This document shows, in pieces, positions 10,921 to 20,799 of a stretch of 64,000 nt of DNA. The stretch is from assembly GCF_000142905.1 (NCBI RefSeq), contig NW_013657664.1, positions 474,445-538,444 on the forward strand, given 5' to 3'. This stretch comes from Thecamonas trahens ATCC 50062. Lineage: Eukaryota; Protista; Apusomonadida. Position numbers and translations under genes: made by a program. Below the pieces are notes generated by a model. That model made no database searches. It had not been told where the DNA came from and saw only the letters and a list, made by a program, of their open reading frames with translations. Position 1 is the stretch's first letter, and every line of letters begins with the position of its first letter.

Positions 10921-11161
10921 GCCTCTGTCCGTCAGCTGTCCACATCAGCTACACAACTTCTGTCGCTCGTATTGACCGTCATCAGCATCAGCCACATCGC
11001 CCGCCTCCAGAGGGGTGCCCCCCCCTCCTCTCCCCGTTGGCGCACCTGTCGGTCATGGCGCACGGTTGCCGCCCGTTGGCTGGCAGAAGAGGACAACGTG
11101 GAGGAGACCACCCCACCACCCAACCACAAGCCATACACCTAGAGGTTGTTTGTGGAGGAGA

Positions 11162-12076
11162 ATGGACGCACTTGACGCGCTGCTCGAAGCGTATGACATC
11201 CCTACCGAGGCCACCACTGACGACGAGCTCGCTGCTGTTGCTGCCGCCAACTCGGAGATGGATTTGACTCGCTTTGCTTCCGTCAGCTCGGCCAAGATCA
11301 GCTACGCGACCGAGTACGGCCAGAGTATCACCAAGCTAGTGGTGGTGGACACCGCGCTGACCGATGCCGATCTGGCCCCACTCATCGACCTGCTGCCGGC
11401 GCTCAAAGAAGTCGATCTGAGTCAATCGGCGAAGCTGACTGATGTGACCCTCATTGCTCTCGCGCAGACCTCGCCAGGCATCACCAAGCTCACCCTCAAC
11501 GCTTGCACAGGCTTCACTGACGCCGGCATCATGGTCGCGGCGCTGACTCTCAACTCGCTCACGGATCTGTCGCTCACAGCCTGCACCAAGCTCACCGATC
11601 AGGCCCTGGAGGCGCTCTCGCAGGCTCCGTGCATCGCGTCGCTTACCTCGCTCTCGCTTGCGTACTCAACAAGCTACACCTCCGACACCCTTGAGGCGCT
11701 GCTGAGCGAGACTGCAGCACTTGAATCGCTCAATCTGGCGCTCGTCGCCTGTGTCCGCAACGAATCGCTCAAGGTGGTGGCCGACCGTGCGCCTCGGCTC
11801 CGCGACCTCAACATCGCTTCATGCCTCTTGATTGACGACGACGGCATTGCCGAGCTCTGCGGCGGCGACGACGATGACGCTGAGGGCATAGGGCCGACGC
11901 TGACGACTCTCAACTGTGCCTCACTCCCGCTCGTCACCGACTTTGGCCTCTCGCTCCTCGCCGACTACTTTCCCGCCCTCCGCGACCTCAATCTCCAGCT
12001 CTGCGAGGGCATCACCCAGCTTGGGGCCGAGAACCTCTACAACTCGGCGCCGCACATCGCCAAGCTCACGTTCTGA
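11162..12076 (+). CDS. Cysteine-containing LRR protein (FBXL/AMN1-like, no F-box seen)
   Basis: Repeated LxxLxLxxCxxLTD motifs. Confidence 0.8.
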   Translation: MDALDALLEAYDIPTEATTDDELAAVAAANSEMDLTRFASVSSAKISYATEYGQSITKLVVVDTALTDADLAPLIDLLPALKEVDLSQSAKLTDVTLIALAQTSPGITKLTLNACTGFTDAGIMVAALTLNSLTDLSLTACTKLTDQALEALSQAPCIASLTSLSLAYSTSYTSDTLEALLSETAALESLNLALVACVRNESLKVVADRAPRLRDLNIASCLLIDDDGIAELCGGDDDDAEGIGPTLTTLNCASLPLVTDFGLSLLADYFPALRDLNLQLCEGITQLGAENLYNSAPHIAKLTF

Positions 12077-12357
12077 GCCAAGTTGCACCCGTCGCCACAC
12101 AGGCCGAGCAGCGCGCCATCTCTAGCCGTCAGCCATCGTGGTCACTCGTCTCTCACGAGTAACACACCCTTCATCCACATCCCTACAGATATCATGCTGT
12201 GCATGGCCGTGGCCATGGCCATCATCACTCCCAATTTGGCTATCACATCGGCCGACGAGTGAGCGAGTGACCAGCCGGGGGCGTCAGTCCCGAGTCGGCG
12301 ACCACCTGTCCCTTCCCGCCCGCCAGCAGCCAGCCACCGTCAGACGACACGGCGTTC

Positions 12358-14026
12358 ATGGGCGAAGCTACGGAGAACCTGTGGGAGAAAATCCTTGCCG
12401 AGTACGCACATGTGTGCATGGGTATAATGATGAGGAAATGTGGTGTGTAGTATGACTCACAACTTGTTCTGTCTTTCTATATGGGTGTGCGGGTGCGGGG
12501 GGCGGGGGGGGCGACGGTCGGGCACCCGTGGCGGTGGTGGTGGGACGGCGGGCGCGGGGCGGGTGGGCGACGACAGCGCACGGAGTGTGGACGGTGGCAG
12601 CGGTGGAGGAAATGGTGCGACAGAGGATGGTGAGAGTGGACGGAGTCTGATTGTGCTGGGCAATGAGCTGTGTGGCAAGACGAGTTTGATTGCTCGGCTG
12701 AAGGCGGTCGACTTTGACCTGCTCCCCAACTGTCTCGCCCTCGACTACACGTACATGGACATGGTGACCGAGGATGAGGACGAGTACGTCCCGCTGGGCA
12801 AGGTCAATGTGTGGCAGTTGTCGGGCAACCCGCACTTTGGCGCACTCCTCGACGTGGCTCTCAAGGCCGCCGGCTCGCTCGAGTCGACTGCGTTTTTCGT
12901 CTGCCTTGCCATGGACACGCCGTGGACCATGGCCGCGGCGCTCGACCGCTGGCTCGGCCTGGTGGCCAAGGTCGTCGAGCGGGCCGAAGAGGCTGAGCTC
13001 AACGCCGAGGGCGCAGTCCGTGCTGCGGTCGAGGCGCGGCATGCCGAGCGGCGGCGCGCGATGGAGGAGTCGTGGCGCCGGTACACCGACGGCGGCGAGG
13101 GCACGAGCGGCGACGGCGGCGACGGCGGCGCAAGCAGCGCAAGTGGGCCTGGCGAGGGCGACGGCGGCGAGGGTGGCGTGGGCGAGGAAGTGCTCATGCC
13201 GCTGACCGAGGGCGCGCTGGAGATCAACCTTGGGGTGCGGATTGTGATTGTGGTGTGCAAGGCCGACATGGTCAACGAGCTGCAGTCTGCGTACGCGTAC
13301 AAAGATGCACACTTTGACTACATCCAGCAGACGCTGCGCAAGCGGGCGCTCGCGCACGGAGCAGCACTCTTCTACACTTCGGCGGCGCAGGAGGGCAACA
13401 CCAAGGAGCTGATGGCGTATCTGGAGCACAGCTTTTACGGCCTGCCGTTTAAGGCGGCGGCGCAGGTGGTGGAGAAGGAGTCGGTGCTGGTGCCGGCTGG
13501 CTGGGACTCGCTGACCAAGATCGATGTGCTCTCTGAGTCTTCGCGAGTCCTCACCCGCAATAAGGTCGACGACGACGGCGCCGAGCCGCCGTTCGAGTCG
13601 GTCATCAAGGAGCCGTTTGCCGTGCTGGCGCCGGTGGGCGGCGCCGTCGACGCGGCCGACGCCGTCGAGGCCGAGGACGACCAGGCCTTCCTGCAACGCT
13701 TCCGCGAGTTTATCGATTCCGACCCGTCGGGCGACGCCGACGCACAGCCGATTGCCAAGGGCATCAACGACTTGCTGGCGGCCGGCAAGAAGAAGACGCC
13801 GGTGGCGGCGCTGGCGGCCGAGCCCGGACCCGGGCGCCGGCCCTCGCTCGAAAACATTCTCGCAGGCGCCAAAGCGGCCAAGGCCGACACGCCGTCCGGC
13901 GGCGACACCGGCAGCGCTGGTTCCGAGGACGTGCTCAACTCGTTCTTCCACTCGCTGCTCAACAAGGGCGGCGCCGCGTCCGCCGACCAGCGCTCCGACG
14001 TCAAGAAGGCGCTCTCCAAAGAGTAG
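12358..14026 (+). CDS. DYNC1LI: Cytoplasmic dynein-1 light intermediate chain; exons 12358-12401 and 12577-14026
   Basis: ENLWEKIL, P-loop GNELCGKT, LDYTY, HFDYIQQTLR, VPAGWDS, VLNSFFHSLL; GTACGC...CAG intron. Confidence 0.9.
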
Positions 14027-14100
14027 CCGGGTGGGCGAGTCTATGTCGAGGACAGCAGTAAAGTGATGATGCTTGTCAGCAAGCAGCTACTCATACTCGT

Positions 14101-14712
14101 CTACTCATACTCGTCGTCGTCGTCGGCCACAAACTCGTACTCGTACGAGTCGTCGAGACCCGACGCATCCTGAGGCACACCGGTGACAAGCTCGCGGCGG
14201 CGGCGGGCTTGGGCGTCTGCAACTGCGCGAGCTTCATCGTCCATCAAGTAGTAGAACAGCCCATGTCCCCGCTTGTAGTCGAGAGCCAGACCGACGGCAA
14301 CAATGGCAGCGATGACCGCGGCGAGCTTCTTGCCCTTCAGATCATAATCGCCGACAAGATCAAACTTGATGAACTTGACCAGAGCCGAGTCCTCCTTGTT
14401 GTACGGGATGTACCACTCCGGCTGCTTGGACGTCACCTCTTTGCTCCTGAGATTGACGTAGATGAATTCGCCTGTCGACTTGTCCACCCTTTGCTGCCAC
14501 TCTTCCACCTGCTTGTTGGCTGCTGCTCCTCCGCTCGCCGCCTGCCCGCCGCCACCCGCCGCCGGCCCACCACCACCAGCTTCACCCGTCCTACCAGCCC
14601 CAGCCCCCGCACCAGAGCTCGAGGACCACCGTCCGCACACCATAGCAAGCCGACTCGCACCATTCATTCCGCCCATGGCTGCACGAGCCACGCCACCCAC
14701 ACTCCGAAGCAT
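14101..14712 (-). CDS. Small protein with mitochondrial-like presequence, WW-like domain and one TM helix
   Basis: MLRSVGGVARAAM...; WQQRVDKSTGEFIYVNLRSKEVTSKQP; LAAVIAAIVAVGLAL. Confidence 0.65.
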   Translation of the reverse strand: MLRSVGGVARAAMGGMNGASRLAMVCGRWSSSSGAGAGAGRTGEAGGGGPAAGGGGQAASGGAAANKQVEEWQQRVDKSTGEFIYVNLRSKEVTSKQPEWYIPYNKEDSALVKFIKFDLVGDYDLKGKKLAAVIAAIVAVGLALDYKRGHGLFYYLMDDEARAVADAQARRRRELVTGVPQDASGLDDSYEYEFVADDDDEYE

Positions 14713-15262
14713 GGCTGGAGTCGAGTGCCCGCGCCGCGCCGGCTTGCCTTCGCTCTCGTGTCGCGTTCCGCCCTCTGATTCACTCGGTCGTGCCGCACCC
14801 CGCGGGCGGGCTGATCTCGACTAGTGCAGCACTCTGTGACCATTGGATCTTGTATCTGCTTGGATTGAGGAGTAGCGGATGGTACACTGGACAGGCTTGG
14901 CTCGCCTTTCGCCTGGTTCCGGTTCTAACTCCGGTCCGTGACGAGCTCATACTGCACTGCGCGGCGTGTTGCCGGCGGACTGTACTGGGCCAGCGTGGCG
15001 ATCGGATGCAGATGCTGTTGCATCAAGAGGTACGCGATGAGTAGTGTTAGCGAGGTAGAGGGAGGCTTAGCAGAGAGATCATCTCGCACGCGCTGCGCGA
15101 CAGCTGGAATCAAGTATCACATCAGATACAGAAGTGTTGATGGCGATGATGGCGCTGATGGCGATGGTGGCGATAGTTGCCTTGGGAAGGACATGGTGAT
15201 CAGAGCGCTGACCGTTTGATCGGGCGAGGCGAGGCACCCCCAATTAACCGAGTCGCCAGCAT

Positions 15263-15345
15263 AGCTGGTCGAGCTACCAGTACATCTGGCCGACCTACCA
15301 CCAGCACAGCTGGCCGACCTACCACCAGCACAGCTGGCCGAGCCA
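15263..15345. repeat. 24-bp tandem repeat, ~3.5 copies
   Basis: Units of about GCTGGCCGACCTACCACCAGCACA. Confidence 0.8.
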
Positions 15346-15458
15346 CTGACAGCCGGAGCCAGAGCCCAGCGACCACTGCACTCTGACTGGACGGAACAGC
15401 TGGGAGTATGTCATATGGTATGTCCAACACGTGGTGTACATGAGGTGTACATGTGACA

Positions 15459-15493
<35 letters not shown>

Positions 15494-15506
15494 TGTGTGT
15501 GTGTGT
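15459..15506. repeat. (TG)n microsatellite
   Basis: Seen directly. Confidence 0.9.
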
Positions 15507-15538
15507 AGCTGGTGTCTTCACGCTGTGTCACGGAGGTG

Positions 15539-15638
15539 NNNNNNNNNNNNNNNNNNNNNNNNNNNNNNNNNNNNNNNNNNNNNNNNNNNNNNNNNNNNNN
15601 NNNNNNNNNNNNNNNNNNNNNNNNNNNNNNNNNNNNNN
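15539..15638. other. Assembly gap (100 N)
   Basis: Run of N. Confidence 1.
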
Positions 15639-15801
15639 CCCCCCCCCCTCCTGTGAAATGCATCTTGGTGACAACGGCTGATCAACAGAGTGCTGGTATG
15701 GGACCATCTCGCTCGTTCGCTCGCACCCATTGCGCTTCCGTCCATCGCTCCCGTTTGCTAGCGATCTGGCTGACCAACTTACGTCTGCCTGCGATGCACA
15801 G

Positions 15802-17444
15802 ACTCGTACAGCTACGGGACCTATAGCGAAGCCGAGGTGAGCGACAAGGTGCGCGGCGCGGGCGTGGCGCTGCTACGACTGCGTCGTCATCGTCCTCGGC
15901 GTCGTCGTCGTCGTCCCGTCCCGTCGCAGTCGTCGTCGTTCTCGTGGGACACGGTGCTGACCAAGGAGCAGATGCGCCGTTTCCCGTCGTTCTGCGACGG
16001 GGCCGAGCGGATCAACACGTACGTCCTTGGATGGTGCGTGGTGACGCTTGTGGCGCCACTTGGTATTGTGCTGCCGTTCCTGCTCTCCAACGACTACTCG
16101 GACGACACATCGCTGACGCTGTGGATTGTGTTCATTGCCTGCATCGTGCTTGGATGTGGGTTCTGCTGCTGGCGGCTCTCGCCGGTCTACTTTGGCGGCC
16201 TCTGCTGCGCGCCGGCAAGCACGCCCAAGACCCATCCGTTTATGAACGACGAGCCGGTTGTCCGAGTCCCGCTCAAGCGGCTTGGCCTCATTGTCAACCC
16301 ACTCTCTGGCAACAAGAAGGGCGTCCGGATTGTCAGCGACATCTTGCGCCCGGTGTTTGAGGACGAGTTTGGCATCGAGGTCAAGGTATTCGAGACCGAG
16401 TACGCCGGCCACGCGGTCGTCCTCGCCGAGACCATCGACACGTCCAAGCTCGACGGCCTGGTGGTCGCCGGCGGAGACGGCTCGTTCCACGAGGTAGTCA
16501 ACGGCATGATGCGCAGGACCGACGGCTCGGCGGTACCCATTGGGCTCATCCCGTCCGGCACCGGCAACGCCGTCGGCCATTCGCTCGGCCTGTTCAAGAC
16601 CCGGCTCGCTCAGGCCGCCCGCCGCATCGCCCGCGGCGAGGTCTACCACATGGATGTCAACCGGGTCAAGTTCAAGCCCAACCCGCATGCCCGCTCCGTC
16701 GTCAAGTTCTCGGCCATGACTATCTGTTGGGGCCTTGTCGGCGACATCGGCGTTGCCGCCGAGCTCCACCGCAACGAGACCATCGGCAAGTACGCCCACG
16801 CCGCGTGGGTCGGCTTTAAGGCCAAGCCCGAAAAGGTGACCATTACCATTTCGGGCGGCGACCTCGACGAGCCCATCACCTTTAACCAGAACCTCATGAC
16901 TGCCTTTATCCAGAACACGCCGCATTTTGGCGAAGGCTACTACGTCGTTCCCTCTGCCAAGCTCGACGATGGGTGCATGGACATCGCCATTCTCGAGCAG
17001 GCTCACCGCGGCGAGCTGCTCAAGACCTTTACCCAGCTCCCGCGCGGTGCCCACACCGGCAACCGCAAGATCCAGACCTACCGCATCCAGAAGGCAGTCA
17101 TTGTTCCGGCCTCCTCGCCGGGTCTCATCAACATCGACGGCGAGGTCATTCCCTTTGACGGCCCCATCACCGTCTCCACCATCCCGCACGCCCTCTCCAT
17201 CTTTGTCGCCTCGGACTCGCACCTCCCCGACGCCGACCTGCCCGAGCCCGGTCCGATCACCGGCAAGTCCAAAGTCAAGGGCAAGGGCAATGGTAAGGGC
17301 AAGGGCAAGGCTGCGAAGGCTATCAAGGCTGCCAAGACCAAGGCCAAGGCGACCAAGGCGACCAAGGCTACCAAGGTCACCAAGGCTGCAAAGGGCAAGA
17401 AGCGGACCGAGCCCGAGAGCTACGACTCGTACTATTCGGCATGA
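15802..17444 (+). CDS. DAG-kinase-catalytic-family lipid kinase (sphingosine/ceramide kinase-like) with two N-terminal TM helices; 5' end unresolved near the gap
   Basis: LIVNPLSG, ETEYAGHA, AGGDGSFHEVVNG, LIPSGTGNA, NIDGE; probable intron 15696-15801 (GTATGG, GCTGAC, CAG). Confidence 0.85.
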
Positions 17445-17492
17445 ACCTCACACACCTTTGTCTCCCTCCGTTCATTGTGATCTTTCGTGCGC

Positions 17493-18767
17493 TCACGGGC
17501 GCAGGACAATCTTACCGATGTTGGCGTTGGCCTCCATGTGCGAGTGGGCGTCGGCGACGTCGTCGAGAGCGTACACCGAGTCGACAATGACCTTGAGAGA
17601 GCGGTTGGCCCAGGCGTCGCCGGCAAGGGCGATGAGGCCGGCCACTAGCTCAGCCTTGTACGCCATGGGACGGGTGCGGAGCGTCGACCCGGTGATGGTG
17701 AGCCGCTTGCGGAGGATGGGCGCGAGCGAGAGCGGGGCGTCGACGACTGCGCCGGAGAGGAAGCCGAGCATGACCATGCGGCCGTCGAGGGCGAGCGCCT
17801 CGAGGTTGCGGGAAAAGTACGCTGAGCCAACGTAGTCGACAACAAGATCGACGCCACGGCCATCGGTTGCAGCCTTGACCTCCTCAACAAAGTCGGTGTC
17901 CTTGTAGTTGATGGCCACGTCGGCGCCGAGCGAGGAGCACGTCGCGAGCTTGTCGGCCGTCGACGCAGTGACAATGACGTTGGCTCCAAGGAGCTTAGCA
18001 AGCTGGATGGCGGCAGTGCCGACGCCCGACGCGCCGCCGTGGATAAGCAGCGTTTCGCCGGCGCCAAGCTTGCCGATGTACGACACGGCCTGGAAGGCGG
18101 TGAGAAAGGCCTCCGGAAAGCCACCAGCCTCCTCCATCGGCACGTCCTCGGGCACCGGGATCAGCAGCTCCAGCGGAGCAGCGACATACTCGGCGTAGCC
18201 ACCCGAACCAAGGAGCGAACACACGCGGTCGCCAACCGACCACGACGACTCGGCGCCGTTGCTGTTGATGGCCACTATCTCTCCGGCAACCTCCAGACCC
18301 AGGACGTTTGACTCGCCCTTGGGCGGCGCATACTTGCCCTTGCGCTGCAGCGTGTCCGCTCGGTTCACACCAGCAAACGCAGTCTTGATCAGGACAGTAC
18401 CAGCCTTCAGCGCGGCCACCTCATCTATCACCGGCGTCATGACCGACGGCTCGCCAAACGGCGGCGACCTGACCAGGCGCATGGTCTGCGGGTAACCTGC
18501 AGGAGCAGAAGCAGCAGCACCACCAGAGCCAGCACCAGCAGCAGCCATGACAATGTTGTTTGTTAGCCCAGACACGTGGAAGAGATGAGTATCCCCAGTC
18601 TCGACTCGGCTATCCGTACCGGCTGATGTCCGTTCAGTGCCTGACGATAGAGACGAGGTCGCTCTCGCTCCTGGCCTTCTGTTCCCATCCCCATCCACAC
18701 AACAGACGACAGCCGCCACCAGCACGGCTACTGTCACAAAGACTGCAGCAGTCGTCATCGTCGTCAT
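17493..18767 (-). CDS. NAD(P)H quinone oxidoreductase, PIG3/TP53I3 family; probable in-frame intron 18619-18497
   Basis: GVNRADTLQRKGKY, LGLEVAG, GGYAEY, IHGGASGVGTAAIQ, ITGSTLR, MEANANIGKIVL; alternative start at 18548. Confidence 0.9.
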   Translation of the reverse strand: MTTMTTAAVFVTVAVLVAAVVCCVDGDGNRRPGARATSSLSSGTERTSAGTDSRVETGDTHLFHVSGLTNNIVMAAAGAGSGGAAASAPAGYPQTMRLVRSPPFGEPSVMTPVIDEVAALKAGTVLIKTAFAGVNRADTLQRKGKYAPPKGESNVLGLEVAGEIVAINSNGAESSWSVGDRVCSLLGSGGYAEYVAAPLELLIPVPEDVPMEEAGGFPEAFLTAFQAVSYIGKLGAGETLLIHGGASGVGTAAIQLAKLLGANVIVTASTADKLATCSSLGADVAINYKDTDFVEEVKAATDGRGVDLVVDYVGSAYFSRNLEALALDGRMVMLGFLSGAVVDAPLSLAPILRKRLTITGSTLRTRPMAYKAELVAGLIALAGDAWANRSLKVIVDSVYALDDVADAHSHMEANANIGKIVLRP

Positions 18768-18854
18768 AGATGTGGAGAGTCGACTGCTGCCGTACTCGAC
18801 CGCTTGTTTCTGCCATGGACCGCAGTCACGATCATGACAACAATGACGACGGGG

Positions 18855-18863
18855 GCGACGATA

Positions 18864-18897
<34 letters not shown>

Positions 18898-18925
18898 TAG
18901 CAACAACAACAGCAACGACGACGAC
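18855..18925. repeat. (ACG)n/(CAA)n microsatellite
   Basis: Seen directly. Confidence 0.85.
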
Positions 18926-19285
18926 AGCCACCACTAGCACTGGCGCTCGCTATGCAGCACCCGCCCAACCACCGATCGCAGCCATCATCGGTGACGATCT
19001 GCAGCCTGGCAGTAGCAGCCACCACATGTTGCCATCACACCGCCTCTTCTGAAGCTGATTACCTTGGCTCTACTCATCAACATTTCCCGTACGAGCCCCG
19101 GCCACAAAGTTTGGGATCTATCCGCCAGTCTCTCATCGAATTCAGTGTGTAGTCGGTCGGCGTCGGCAGTCTGGTCGCTGGCTGGTCGTCGGTTGTCGGG
19201 TCATCGCACTGCAGCAAGTGGTACACTCGACTGCAGCTGGTGCGGGGGCAGAGAGCGAGCAAAGCACACATACACACACCACACA

Positions 19286-20729
19286 ATGGCAGCTCGAGCC
19301 AAAGACAACGCCGAGTACCTGGTGGAGCAGACCATTACCAAGCGAGAGCGAGAGCTCCAGCTAGTCAATATGGGTCTCACTAGCCTTCCTGATGCTATTA
19401 CCGGTCTTACTCGTGTCAAGCGTATTAATCTCGGTCTCAATGGTACGGGTTCCATGACTATACCCCCCCCCCCCTCTCCCTCTCCTGGCGAGAGTTTCGG
19501 TGGTCAGCGGGCCAACGTTCACCCTCTGCCCTTTTTGCAGAGCAATAACAATTGGGAGAAGGGCATAGAGGGCAAAACCAGTGTGACTCATGTGGGGCAT
19601 GGTGTGTGTATGTGTGTGTGTGTGCTTATGTTCTTGTGTGTGCCTGTGTGTGTGTGGTTCGGTCTGTATGGATATGCGCTGTGGTATGCGGGTAGAGCTC
19701 ACGTCGCTGCCGGGAGAGCTCGGCAACCTGACGCAGCTGACAAGGTTTGTGGCGGCCGGCAATCGGCTGAAGAGCTTGCCGTTTGAGTTTGAGAATCTGG
19801 TCAACTTGGTGGAGTTGGACTTGTCGTCAAACGAGTTTACCAAGCTCCCCTCGCAGATTGCCGACATGGGCCAGCTGGAGACGCTCAAGATGGCGGAGAA
19901 CGCGCTGGACTTGACCTCGGCGCGGGTCCTGGTCCCCACCATGCTCGCCCGTCTCGACTTTGCGCGCAACAGGCTCAAGATTGTTCCGCGCGATATCGGC
20001 ACCATCACCACGCTCCGCGAGCTGGTGCTCTCCAACAACGAGCTGAGTGAGTTCCCGGAGGAGGTGCTCGGCCTCAAGAACTTGGAGCGGCTGATGCTCT
20101 CTAACAACACCATCACGGCCGTGCCCGGCGAGATCTCCAAGCTGCGGTCACTGCGGGAGCTCTCGCTCGCGCGGTGCGGCCTCAGCGAGATTCCGGACAC
20201 TGTGGGGAACCTCAAGCGGCTTAAGATCCTCATCCTCCGCAACAACGCGCTCACCGAGCTCCCGGCCACGCTCGGCTTCCTCTCGCGGTGCAAGAAGCTC
20301 GACGTCGAGGGCAACGAGCTGACGCAGCTGCCGCGCCAGCTCTCCGGCATGACTGCACTCGAGGAGCTGTACCTGCAGCACAACGGCCTCACCGAGCTGC
20401 CAGCCGACCTGGGCGCGCTCACATCGCTCGTCACCCTCAACGTCGCCGGCAACGCGCTCACCGCCCTCCCGCCGGCCATGCACGCCTGCGACTCGCTGGC
20501 TGTCCTCAACATGGACGACAACCCGCTGAACCCCAAGTTTGAAAAGGTGTTCAACAAGGGCCTCCTCGCCCTTCTCGCCCACCTCAAGAAGGTCTTTGCC
20601 CGCTCCGGCGCACGCTACCCGTCCGCCACCCGCTCGGCCCTCTCCTCTGGCGGCGGCTCTTCTTCAACCTCGCGCAAGGTCACCTTTGGCTCGGGCGATG
20701 ACAGTGACGCCAGTTCCTCGCGCAGGTAA
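19286..20729 (+). CDS. Leucine-rich repeat protein (RSU1/SHOC2-like 23-aa LRRs); exons 19286-19442 and 19696-20729
   Basis: Tandem LxLxxNxLxxLPxxIxxL repeats; GTACGG...TAG intron in phase 1. Confidence 0.88.
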
Positions 20730-20799
20730 TCCTCTCCCTGTACACGTGGGCACACTCCCCCTCACTCCTCCTCTGCCGTTCTCCCACTGCTCGCGACCT

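Noticed and set aside
10021-11142. 373-aa ORF through the 126-bp array; possible 42-aa TPR repeat
   Set aside because: Open only because the unit is a stop-free multiple of 3; no TPR pattern and no similarity to the 61.2-kb TPR fragment
12368-13951. Long antisense ORFs (also 26760-28466, 32704-34311, 19361-20587 and others)
   Set aside because: Expected shadows of high-GC coding sequence; no recognisable domains
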